Of a stretch of DNA of 64,000 nucleotides, positions 7,781 through 16,120 are shown piece after piece. The translations under genes were made by a program, and so were the position numbers. Below the pieces are notes generated by a model. The model made no database searches and had not been told where the DNA came from. It was given only the letters and a program-made list of their open reading frames with translations. Numbering within the stretch: the first letter of the stretch is position 1; the number at the start of each line of letters is the position of its first letter. The DNA comes from Candidatus Enterousia sp. (lineage in GTDB: Bacteria > Pseudomonadota > Alphaproteobacteria > Rs-D84), in assembly GCA_045613785.1 (NCBI GenBank), contig JAZLBQ010000004.1:64001-128000 (forward strand). The letters are read 5' to 3'.

Positions 7781-10183
7781 TTACAGAATTGGTGGGAAGC
7801 AATCACCGCCTGTTTCAGGGCAACAGTTAAATCCTTGTTCGCCCATATCGGTGTATATTTCTCCTGGACAGCAACCATTTGCATCTGGTGCAATATCGCC
7901 TTCGCACATTATTTGTTCAACGACTTCCTCGACCGCTGGTTTCTCAGGTTTCTCAAATGGATTTTCAATTGCACCTGTTTCTTCGTCGTATTTCAGGCCC
8001 AACACCTGTTCATTATATGCTTGCTGCCCCTGATCTGCAACATATGCAATACTGTTCTGATTGCTTGTTGATTGCTGATTTTGGAATACAGCTTCCTGCT
8101 TTGCATTATTTATTGCCTTATATTGACTAGACTGGCAATAGAACAACACTGTTCTGTAATCTAGGCCTGCGTTGTATATCTCTTCTGCACTTGCTGTAAC
8201 CTTGCCTGTGCTTAAATCGCAATACTGTGCCAAATTAAATGAACGCACCTGACCAACCCATTCTTCCCCTGACTGGTCAATATTCACAGAGTTTGCAACG
8301 CTATTGTAATTAAACCTATTTTGTTGTAATGATTTACTGTAATAACTTTCCATCTTACAGCTTTTGCCACCGTCTGGACACACAACAATCAAGTCCTCTG
8401 GGGAATAGACTGTGATACGTGTTCCTGCTGCGATTGTAAACGGTGGAACAGTGTTATCCATCATATCGACCAACAGCTTTTGTGCAACCTGATTCCAGGC
8501 AGTAATGATTTCATTTTTTGCCAGTTCTGATGAACGCACAGTTCCACTTTGAACGACTGTGTTGTTGTCCAAATCGATTTGATTTACAAACGCATCGCTG
8601 ACAGGAGCAATCAAATTCACCGCTGCTGGCACAATCGCTGTCAACATTGGCATAATAAATTGTTCCATATAATCAGTGCTGCCACGTCCTGGCACGCCAA
8701 CACGTCCTTGGGCATCACCTGCAAAAGGCTGATTTCCTTGATTGTTAAAGTTAAATTCAACACCATCTGGTCGTATAAACTGATACCAGTTTATTTGCAT
8801 ACGTCCAATTGCCTTGTATGGGCCTGGCAAATCACCTGTCACATATCCCAGCATCAAAGTTCCTGTTGGGATAATAATATTACGTCCGTCGTCTGAATAA
8901 ACGTTTCTATCAACAGTTGCACGAACGGGCAGGGGGCGTCCATTTTTGAAAACTTCTGCATCGGCTCGAACTTCAGATACAATAGTTGCAGGAATTGGCT
9001 TGTATTGACGCAAAATGAAACTGCGGTCATACGGTTGTGATGCAACAACGCCATCACCCGAAGTGCCAAATATTACTTCCGTAGTTTCTTTTAGCTTTAG
9101 TCCACCAAAAGCTTCCATACCGTTTGCAGTCAGGCGACCTGCACCACGACTGTTCATTACGACTGCATTTGCTTCATCCGAGTCCAGTTGGCGTGCACGA
9201 TTTACAACCTTTATTGCAGGTGCATTAGACAGTTCTGGGATTTTGCCATCCCATGTTGCAGCAAAAACGATATGGTCTGCATCTGTTCCTATCTTTTTAC
9301 CTTTGTTATCAGTGATAATACCATTGTCTGGATTGTATGTTCCTGTTGGTTTTTCGCAGTTTTTATCTGAAAATGGGTGAAATTTATATGTTCCACCATC
9401 GGGTTTTATCCAACCGATTTGGACGCCAAAATTATTATAACCTGGGAAAGCAAAGTCCGTGCATCCATCAGGGATTTCAATTTTTTCAGTTTTTGCTGTC
9501 TTTGTCACAGGTTTTTCAATCTTTACTGACGGAGAAATTGTTTCGACGTTCTTTTTAATTTCTTCTTTGACAGGCTCTGGTTCTGGCTTTGCTTCAATCA
9601 CAGGCTCTGGTTCTGGCTCTGGTTCTGGCACGATGACAGGTTCTGGGATTGGCTCAGGTTTTTTTTCAACGACTGGTGAAACAGCCCCCAAGGTCAGAAC
9701 AATTTTCGAAGTCTTTTTCATTGCATCAGTTTCATCTGCTTTGTGCCAGTCAACGAACACAGGAACTTGTTCTGTTGCCATTGGTGCAGTTGGTGCATAT
9801 GAAACAATCACCCCACAGGCTAGATTTTCGTTTATCTGTCCCATTTCAGTGCAAGTTCCTTTGACATCAAATCCCTTGATGTCCTTGTGGCGACGAACAG
9901 AAATCACCTTAACAGGAGCTGTTGCAGAAATCTTGATTGTTTCAGTTTTTTTCTGTCCGATTGTCGTTTCTGCCCAGTTTATCATATCAGGGGAAATGAC
10001 AATATCTACTGATCCGCTATCAGTGCTAGAAATATCTGATTTGCTTGATTTTTTATTATTTCCACTCAGCAGCAAGGTCAACAATATCAGCACCACAACA
10101 AATGCAGCCGCCATCAACAACCACTGCACCCGTTTTGGTGTATTTTGTCGCATTTCTGAAAACTGTTCTTTGAAACTAGCCAT
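7781..10183 (-). CDS. virB10: VirB10/TrbI-family type IV secretion core protein with extra domains
   Basis: N-terminal TM, PEPEP linker, TrbI-type motifs IPATIVSEV…RNVYSDDGRNIIIPTGTLMLG…DAQGRVGVPG…PPFTIAAGTRITVY; Cys-rich C-terminus. Confidence 0.8.
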   Translation of the reverse strand: MASFKEQFSEMRQNTPKRVQWLLMAAAFVVVLILLTLLLSGNNKKSSKSDISSTDSGSVDIVISPDMINWAETTIGQKKTETIKISATAPVKVISVRRHKDIKGFDVKGTCTEMGQINENLACGVIVSYAPTAPMATEQVPVFVDWHKADETDAMKKTSKIVLTLGAVSPVVEKKPEPIPEPVIVPEPEPEPEPVIEAKPEPEPVKEEIKKNVETISPSVKIEKPVTKTAKTEKIEIPDGCTDFAFPGYNNFGVQIGWIKPDGGTYKFHPFSDKNCEKPTGTYNPDNGIITDNKGKKIGTDADHIVFAATWDGKIPELSNAPAIKVVNRARQLDSDEANAVVMNSRGAGRLTANGMEAFGGLKLKETTEVIFGTSGDGVVASQPYDRSFILRQYKPIPATIVSEVRADAEVFKNGRPLPVRATVDRNVYSDDGRNIIIPTGTLMLGYVTGDLPGPYKAIGRMQINWYQFIRPDGVEFNFNNQGNQPFAGDAQGRVGVPGRGSTDYMEQFIMPMLTAIVPAAVNLIAPVSDAFVNQIDLDNNTVVQSGTVRSSELAKNEIITAWNQVAQKLLVDMMDNTVPPFTIAAGTRITVYSPEDLIVVCPDGGKSCKMESYYSKSLQQNRFNYNSVANSVNIDQSGEEWVGQVRSFNLAQYCDLSTGKVTASAEEIYNAGLDYRTVLFYCQSSQYKAINNAKQEAVFQNQQSTSNQNSIAYVADQGQQAYNEQVLGLKYDEETGAIENPFEKPEKPAVEEVVEQIMCEGDIAPDANGCCPGEIYTDMGEQGFNCCPETGGDCFPPIL

Positions 10184-10201
10184 CCCTCAAATCCACTAAT
10201 T

Positions 10202-11758
10202 TTATTGCATTCTTACAACGCTACAACTTGTTCCGCTAAATTTTAACAACTTGTCGCATAATGTTTGTGCTGTGTCAATATCTGCCAATGGGCCAATACG
10301 CAAGCGATACTGGCGTGCTGTTGTTGAGTCTGCACCTAATTCTCCGACACCTTGTTCATCAACTGCAAAGAAAACCATATTTTTATAAGGTGTCAACAAT
10401 CCTTGACCATTTTCACCGCTGAATTTAGCCAACAACATTGTCCAATAATCGTCCAAGGCCTTGACAGAAGTATCTGATTTTAATTCTACGGCAACACCAA
10501 CCTGATTACTTGAAATCAGTGGGATGTTGGTTTGTGGTAAATAAGCCCCTGCTGTATTTCGTTGTGTTGGCAACATGTTTACAACACTTCCTGACGAGCG
10601 AGGCATTGTCTGTGGTGCAGTAAATCCTGCTGGCATATAATATCCTGCACCAGTTGTCTGATTGACAGTTTGATTATTTTCAACGAATACAGGTGTCCCG
10701 GTATATGGTGTTCCCATACTCATTGCAGCCATACTGTCAGTATATGCGATGTTGCTTAGTGATTGTCCAGACAGCATACTCTGTGCAACATTTGCCTCTG
10801 CCAGTGCCATCACAGATGCGGTATCAGCAATCAAGAACGGTTTTTCACGTTTTTTGATGCAAACAATACGTTGTCCGCTACGCAGAACCATATCGCCCAC
10901 GGCCTCTACAATCAACAAGCGACCGTCTTCACCATCTGTGCGGAATCCAACAGGAGATTCGCCACCTTCTACCAACAGTGAAACAACAGGGCGTTGCGTC
11001 ATTGCGATAACCTTGTCGCCAAAATCAATGTATGTGAAGATACGATCACGCCAAACACGCTCTGGTGCGATTACATAGTCGTCTGGGTTTGGAACAAAGA
11101 TGTCTAAATCGAAACGAAATTCCGAAGGATCGATTTTCATTGATTTAATCCAGCCATAGTCTTCGCCATCAACACCGACTGTATTTGTTGCGTTGCTTGA
11201 AGTTGCGGCCTTTTTGAATATAGAACTTGCCCCACCAGAAACAGGAACGTTTCCTGCGGTTGGCAGTGCAACATTGCCGTCCAGGACTACATCGACTTGT
11301 GAATATGTAATTTCACTGGAATTAGATGGTTCGCTACGCAAATAGAAGATATATTTATTTCCTGATTTGCCTGTTACAATCATATTAGTATCAGACCCTT
11401 GGTTAGAACCGACTGGTGAAATAAACATTGTCTGACCGCCCTGAGTCGCATCAATGTCAAACAAGTCTTGGTTTCCAACCATTGCATCTGCAATCTGTTC
11501 ACCATTTGGCAATGTAACCATAGTTACCATTCCATTACGCAGTTTGATTGGTAAAACACTGCCTGCAGACCAAGCCAACTGTGCATATCCTGGTTTTGTG
11601 CTACCGCTGGCCATATTTGCCATTGGGTTATCCCATGCCTCTTGCACACCGTATTCTGTTATTGCAGAATATGCCGGCAACGTCAACAGACCTGCCAGGC
11701 AAAAAACAGACATATTAAATCTTAGTGCTTTTACGAAACTCATACCAATCCTTCCCAT
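10202..11758 (-). CDS. virB9: VirB9/TrbG-family type IV secretion protein with C-terminal SPOR-like domain
   Basis: Signal peptide; TMVTLPNGEQI, TNMIVTGKSGNKYIFYL, IAPERVWRDRIFTYIDF; C-terminal YRLRIGPL…C…C. Confidence 0.8.
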   Translation of the reverse strand: MGRIGMSFVKALRFNMSVFCLAGLLTLPAYSAITEYGVQEAWDNPMANMASGSTKPGYAQLAWSAGSVLPIKLRNGMVTMVTLPNGEQIADAMVGNQDLFDIDATQGGQTMFISPVGSNQGSDTNMIVTGKSGNKYIFYLRSEPSNSSEITYSQVDVVLDGNVALPTAGNVPVSGGASSIFKKAATSSNATNTVGVDGEDYGWIKSMKIDPSEFRFDLDIFVPNPDDYVIAPERVWRDRIFTYIDFGDKVIAMTQRPVVSLLVEGGESPVGFRTDGEDGRLLIVEAVGDMVLRSGQRIVCIKKREKPFLIADTASVMALAEANVAQSMLSGQSLSNIAYTDSMAAMSMGTPYTGTPVFVENNQTVNQTTGAGYYMPAGFTAPQTMPRSSGSVVNMLPTQRNTAGAYLPQTNIPLISSNQVGVAVELKSDTSVKALDDYWTMLLAKFSGENGQGLLTPYKNMVFFAVDEQGVGELGADSTTARQYRLRIGPLADIDTAQTLCDKLLKFSGTSCSVVRMQ

Positions 11759-11771
11759 TTTTTATGTTGTT

Positions 11772-12443
11772 TTATTCTGTCTCACGAAAACCTGTATTTA
11801 AAGGGTCTCCATTGTCAGATATAACCTTGTATTCAGATACACGCAGTCCCAATGGATTTTCGATACGGTCTGCCCATTTGATTTGCGTTTTATCATTATC
11901 TTCTAATTTCAACTTTATTGTATAATCTTTTGTGATTGTATGTCCAGCATTATCAGTGCAGAAATATCTAAATTTTACCTGATATTGATCTTCGCTTGCC
12001 AAATATATCGGTGCACCATCAAAAATAACAGGGCATTGAAACTCAAAGTCAGGCATTCCTGCCATCATTGCGATGAACATATCGGTGTTTGCAAACTCGC
12101 CATAAACAGCATCTGTTGACATAATGCGAACTGCACCGTCGTTGCTGTTCCATTTTTTATGCATTGCCTTGGCATTTGTGAAAACTTCGTTTCTGTGTTG
12201 GATATATTCACGAACAAAGGCTTTTTTGTATCGATCCAGATTTTCGCTTTTTGGTTGCATTTGAATCAATCGAACGTCTTGGTCGTCACGGACAGCGGTT
12301 GCCAAAAAGAACACTTGTGGACGATTCAATGGGAACATTTTTACCAGTGTCACAGTCATTACGCCTAACGTCACCAAAGCAGCAGCCAGCACAAAAGTCA
12401 TCAGTCTGGATAATAAAATTGGTGGTTGTATGCGGTTCTGCAC
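11772..12443 (-). CDS. virB8: VirB8-like type IV secretion protein
   Basis: N-terminal TM ending in FPL; FVREYIQHRNE, VRIMST..VYGEF, ENPLGLRVSEY; first of the B8-B9-B10 order. Confidence 0.8.
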   Translation of the reverse strand: MQNRIQPPILLSRLMTFVLAAALVTLGVMTVTLVKMFPLNRPQVFFLATAVRDDQDVRLIQMQPKSENLDRYKKAFVREYIQHRNEVFTNAKAMHKKWNSNDGAVRIMSTDAVYGEFANTDMFIAMMAGMPDFEFQCPVIFDGAPIYLASEDQYQVKFRYFCTDNAGHTITKDYTIKLKLEDNDKTQIKWADRIENPLGLRVSEYKVISDNGDPLNTGFRETE

Positions 12444-12685
12444 GATGTTCCTCTCTCTTTAATTAAAGTGATTGTAGAAAAAAACAAATAGTCTGTGCAA
12501 GAAAAAATTTGCAATAACAAAAAACTAAAACAGGAAAAGTTATAAAAGGTGTTAAAAATATAGTTGCAAGGTAAAGAGAAAAATATTATAATATTTCCAC
12601 TTGATTTTTTATATAAGTGTGCTATTCTGTCGCAGACTATTATGGTGGTGTGCGGCACATCGACAGGTATCAGATATGAACACAC

Positions 12686-12759
12686 AGGGGCATAGTTCAA
12701 CGGTAGAATATCGGTCTCCAAAACCGCGGATGAGGGTTCGATTCCTTCTGCCCCTGCCA
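12686..12759 (+). tRNA. trnW: tRNA-Trp (CCA)
   Basis: AGGGGCA/TGCCCCT acceptor stem, CTCCAAA anticodon loop, GGTTCGATTCC T-arm, encoded CCA; canonical position before secE. Confidence 0.97.
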
Positions 12760-12800
12760 GGAATAGTCAGGGTTAAATTACGTAATTTAGGCAGTTTTTT

Positions 12801-12980
12801 ATGAAAAAAATACTGGATTTTTTTAAGTCAGTTCGCAGTGAATGGTTCAAGATTGTATGGCCATCACGTGACAGTGTCGTGCGTGCAACAATTATGATAT
12901 TGGTATTTTCCGGGCTGGCGGCCTTGTTCTTTTTTGTTGTTGACAGTGTCTTGAATGCGATTGTTGGTTGGATTTTCTAA
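12801..12980 (+). CDS. secE: Preprotein translocase subunit SecE (missing from ORF track)
   Basis: MKKILDFFKSVRSEWFKIVWPSRDSVVRATIMILVFSGLAALFFFVVDSVLNAIVGWIF; E..K..WP motif; between tRNA-Trp and nusG. Confidence 0.95.
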   Translation: MKKILDFFKSVRSEWFKIVWPSRDSVVRATIMILVFSGLAALFFFVVDSVLNAIVGWIF

Positions 12981-13000
12981 ATCAGGCAAAGGAAGCAAAG

Positions 13001-13534
13001 ATGGAAGAAAAGATGCAGTGGTTTGTTGTAAATGTTCATACAGGGTGCGAAGATAAGGTTGCACGTGGTTTACGTGAACAGATTGACAAGCGTCGTTTGA
13101 ATGCGTTGTTTGGCGAAATTATGGTTCCAACACGTGAAGTTATCGAAATCAAGGCCGGCAAGCGTGTCAAAGCTGAAAGAAAGTTTTTTCCAGGTTATAT
13201 CGTTGTTCAAATGGTTATGAACAATGAAACCTTTACCTTGGTTCGTCAGATTCCTCAGGTTGTTATGTTTTTGGGTGCACGCAACAAGCCGATTGCAGTT
13301 AGCGAGGCCGAAGCCCACCGTCTGATGAAACAGGTCGAAGAAGGTGCTGTTGCAATCGAAGACGTTGAATACGAAGTTGGACAGGAAGTTCATGTTATCG
13401 ATGGTCCGTTTGCGGGCTTTAATGGAATTGCGTCCGAAGTTGATAATGTAAAACAAAAGATGACAGTAACAGTTCTGGTGTTTGGTCGTGAAACCAGCAT
13501 GGAATTGGAATTTGACCAGGTAGAAAAGGTCTAA
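13001..13534 (+). CDS. nusG: Transcription termination/antitermination factor NusG
   Basis: WFVVNVHTGCE, FFPGYIVVQM, KOW VIDGPFAGF, VFGRET; start moved to ATG 13001 after AAGGA. Confidence 0.97.
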   Translation: MEEKMQWFVVNVHTGCEDKVARGLREQIDKRRLNALFGEIMVPTREVIEIKAGKRVKAERKFFPGYIVVQMVMNNETFTLVRQIPQVVMFLGARNKPIAVSEAEAHRLMKQVEEGAVAIEDVEYEVGQEVHVIDGPFAGFNGIASEVDNVKQKMTVTVLVFGRETSMELEFDQVEKV

Positions 13535-13640
13535 ATAAAGTTTTTTGTGGTTTTCTGAAAAAAATACAGTAAAATCACAGCAACATGTGGTAGATACGCC
13601 AAATCGAACCACAACACAAACGAAAAAAACGGAGTGAAAA

Positions 13641-14072
13641 ATGGCAAAGAAAGAAGTTAAGGGATTGGTTAAATTAGTCGTCCCTGCAAAACAGGCGAAT
13701 CCTGCACCACCAATCGGCCCAGTTTTGGGTGCAAACGGTGTAAACATTGCAGAATTCTGCAAACAGTTTAACGACAAAACATCTGATAAAGAACCTGGAA
13801 TGCCAATTCCATGTATTATCACTGTTTATACAGATCGCAGTTTCGAATTCATTATGAAATTGCCACCTGTGTCATACTATATTAAGAAAGCGTTGAAACT
13901 GAAAATCGGTTCACACAAACCAGGTCGTGAATTTGTTGGCACATTGACTCAGGCACAAATCAAAGAAATTGCCGAAGCAAAATTGCCAGACTTGAATTGC
14001 TCTACCATTGAATCTGCGATGAACATTGTTGCGGGTCAGTGTCGTTCTATGGGCGTAAAGGTGGAGGAATAA
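13641..14072 (+). CDS. rplK: 50S ribosomal protein L11
   Basis: [22 protein letters not shown]. Confidence 0.98.
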   Translation: MAKKEVKGLVKLVVPAKQANPAPPIGPVLGANGVNIAEFCKQFNDKTSDKEPGMPIPCIITVYTDRSFEFIMKLPPVSYYIKKALKLKIGSHKPGREFVGTLTQAQIKEIAEAKLPDLNCSTIESAMNIVAGQCRSMGVKVEE

Positions 14073-14076
14073 TATC

Positions 14077-14751
14077 ATGAAACTGACAAAGAAACAGCAG
14101 ACTTGGAAAAACTTGGACACAGACAAAGTGTATTCTTTGGCTGATGCGATTGAAGTTTTGCGTGAATATGCATCTAAAAAGTTTGATGAAACACTGGAAA
14201 TCGCTATCCGTTTGGGTATCGATGTAACCAAGGCAGACCAGAACATTCGTGGTATGTTGTCTTTGCCAAATGGCACAGGCAAGACAGTCCGTGTTGCTGT
14301 ATTTACTGCAAATTCTCAGGACGAAGCGAAAAAAGCTGGTGCAGACGTTGTTGGTGCCGAAGAATTGATTGATTCTGTGGCAGCAGGCAACATCAATTTT
14401 GACCGTGTTATTGCAACACCAGATATGATGCCAAAGATGTCAAAAATCGCACGTGTTTTGGGGCCAAAGGGCTTGATGCCGAACCCAAAATTAGGCACTG
14501 TTACAAATAACGTTGCCGAAGCGGTTGCTACAGCCAAGGCAGGTCAGATTGAATACCGTGCAGAAAAGAAAGGTATTATCCACGCCGGTATTGGTAAAAT
14601 GTCATTTGAAACCGCAAAATTGGTTGAAAATGCAGTTGCTTTGATTGACCAGTTGAAAAAGGTCAAACCTGCATCGTCTAAGGGTCAGTATATCTTGGGG
14701 ATCTCGGTTGCAACAACCCAGGGCCCAGGTCTGAAAGTAGATGCAAAATAA
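14077..14751 (+). CDS. rplA: 50S ribosomal protein L1
   Basis: KFDETLEIAIRLG, LGPKGLMPNPKLGTV. Confidence 0.98.
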   Translation: MKLTKKQQTWKNLDTDKVYSLADAIEVLREYASKKFDETLEIAIRLGIDVTKADQNIRGMLSLPNGTGKTVRVAVFTANSQDEAKKAGADVVGAEELIDSVAAGNINFDRVIATPDMMPKMSKIARVLGPKGLMPNPKLGTVTNNVAEAVATAKAGQIEYRAEKKGIIHAGIGKMSFETAKLVENAVALIDQLKKVKPASSKGQYILGISVATTQGPGLKVDAK

Positions 14752-14789
14752 TTAAATGCGATGGTGGGCGACCACCGTCGCATAAACAG

Positions 14790-14862
14790 ATTTCTGTCCA
14801 AGACTGATGGTGCTAACGCTTAATTTCCATCATAGACAAAGAAAAATTCTTTGGGGCAGGAA
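14790..14862 (+). promoter_or_regulatory. Ribosomal protein L10 leader (autoregulatory RNA)
   Basis: CCAAGACTGATGGTGC…GCTTAATTTCCATCATAGAC pattern in the rplA-rplJ spacer; boundaries approximate. Confidence 0.65.
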
Positions 14863-14929
14863 CAAAAGCCCCATCCCTGGTAAAAACGGATGGATAAGTT
14901 AACAAAACAGAAGCTTGAAGGAAAAATAG

Positions 14930-15409
14930 ATGAGACGCGAAGAAAAATCAGATTTGATTTCAGCGTTACAGTCGTCCCTGAAAGAAGCGAACGGTGTTTT
15001 CGTTATTGAAAACCATGGCTTGACAGTAAGCGAATTTGAAACATTGCGTAATGAATTGCGCCCATTGGTTTCTGTATTCAAGGTTGTCAAGAACCGTTTG
15101 ATGAAATTGGCGTTAAAAGACACTGATTTCGAACCTGTATCCGAAATGTTGAAACGTCCAACTGCTGTTGCTGTTGCAACTGACGGTTTGGCGGTTACCA
15201 AGGTTTTGGCAAAATTTGCTGGTGAACACCCAAATTTGACAATCGTTGGTGGTAAAATGGATGCAGACGTTTTGGACGTAGACGGCGTTATGCAATTATC
15301 CAAGCTTCCTTCCCTGTTGGAAATCCGTGGCACAATCGCACGCATTTTGGTCGAACCAGCATCACGTTTGGCACGTGTATCCGCAGAGTATGGAAAAAAA
15401 GAACAATAA
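14930..15409 (+). CDS. rplJ: 50S ribosomal protein L10
   Basis: GLTVSE…LR, VVKNRLMKLAL, LSKLPS; synteny. Confidence 0.97.
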   Translation: MRREEKSDLISALQSSLKEANGVFVIENHGLTVSEFETLRNELRPLVSVFKVVKNRLMKLALKDTDFEPVSEMLKRPTAVAVATDGLAVTKVLAKFAGEHPNLTIVGGKMDADVLDVDGVMQLSKLPSLLEIRGTIARILVEPASRLARVSAEYGKKEQ

Positions 15410-15457
15410 AATCAGAATACATTATTCTGACCTAAAACAAAAATTAGGAGTAAAAAA

Positions 15458-15823
15458 ATGGCAGACATTCAGAAATTAGTTGAAGAATTGTCAAAATTGA
15501 GTGTTTTGGAAGCAGTTGAATTGTCCAAAGCATTAGAAGAAACATGGGGCGTAAGTGCTGCTGCTGCTGTTGCAGTTGCTGCTGGTCCTGTTGCTGCTGC
15601 AGCCGAAGAAAAGTCAGAATTTGACGTTGTTTTGGCTGAAATTGGTGCAAACAAATTGGCAGTTATCAAAGCTGTAAAAGAAGCTACAGGCTTGGGCTTG
15701 GGCGAAGCAAAAGCTTTGGTAGAATCTGCACCAAAGGCCGTTAAAGAAGGCTTGGCAAAAGACGAAGCTGAAAAATTGAAAGCTGCGTTGGAAGCCGCAG
15801 GTGCAAAAGTTGAATTGAAATAA
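15458..15823 (+). CDS. rplL: 50S ribosomal protein L7/L12
   Basis: [32 protein letters not shown]. Confidence 0.98.
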   Translation: MADIQKLVEELSKLSVLEAVELSKALEETWGVSAAAAVAVAAGPVAAAAEEKSEFDVVLAEIGANKLAVIKAVKEATGLGLGEAKALVESAPKAVKEGLAKDEAEKLKAALEAAGAKVELK

Positions 15824-16120
15824 TTTAACTTTTTTTGAACCGATTGGTTCAATAAATCTGGTCGTATAAAACTACGACAAAACGCCGCCCGTGTGGGATA
15901 AAATCCCATGCGGGCACAAAGGCGTAAAAGACGAAAGTCAAAAAACATAAGACAAAAGCAGGGCAAAAAGGAGATTTTTAGATAAATTGTGTAATGATAA
16001 TCGATTCAGAAACTGATTGATTATCCAAGATTTTTACCAAGATTCGTTCACAATTTGTTTAAGAATTTTCTTTTTGCCCTGCTATGTTTGCAAAACGCAC
16101 AGAAAAAAGGATTAAAACCG

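Noticed and set aside
9459-10199. 246-aa plus-strand ORF with GSGSG repeats
   Set aside because: Antisense shadow of the PEPEP linker of virB10
6749-12759. Integrative conjugative element inserted at tRNA-Trp
   Set aside because: The genes lie 5' of the tRNA; no duplicated tRNA 3' end, integrase or relaxase seen
13070-13822. 250-aa minus-strand ORF
   Set aside because: Antisense to nusG/rplK with no recognisable motifs
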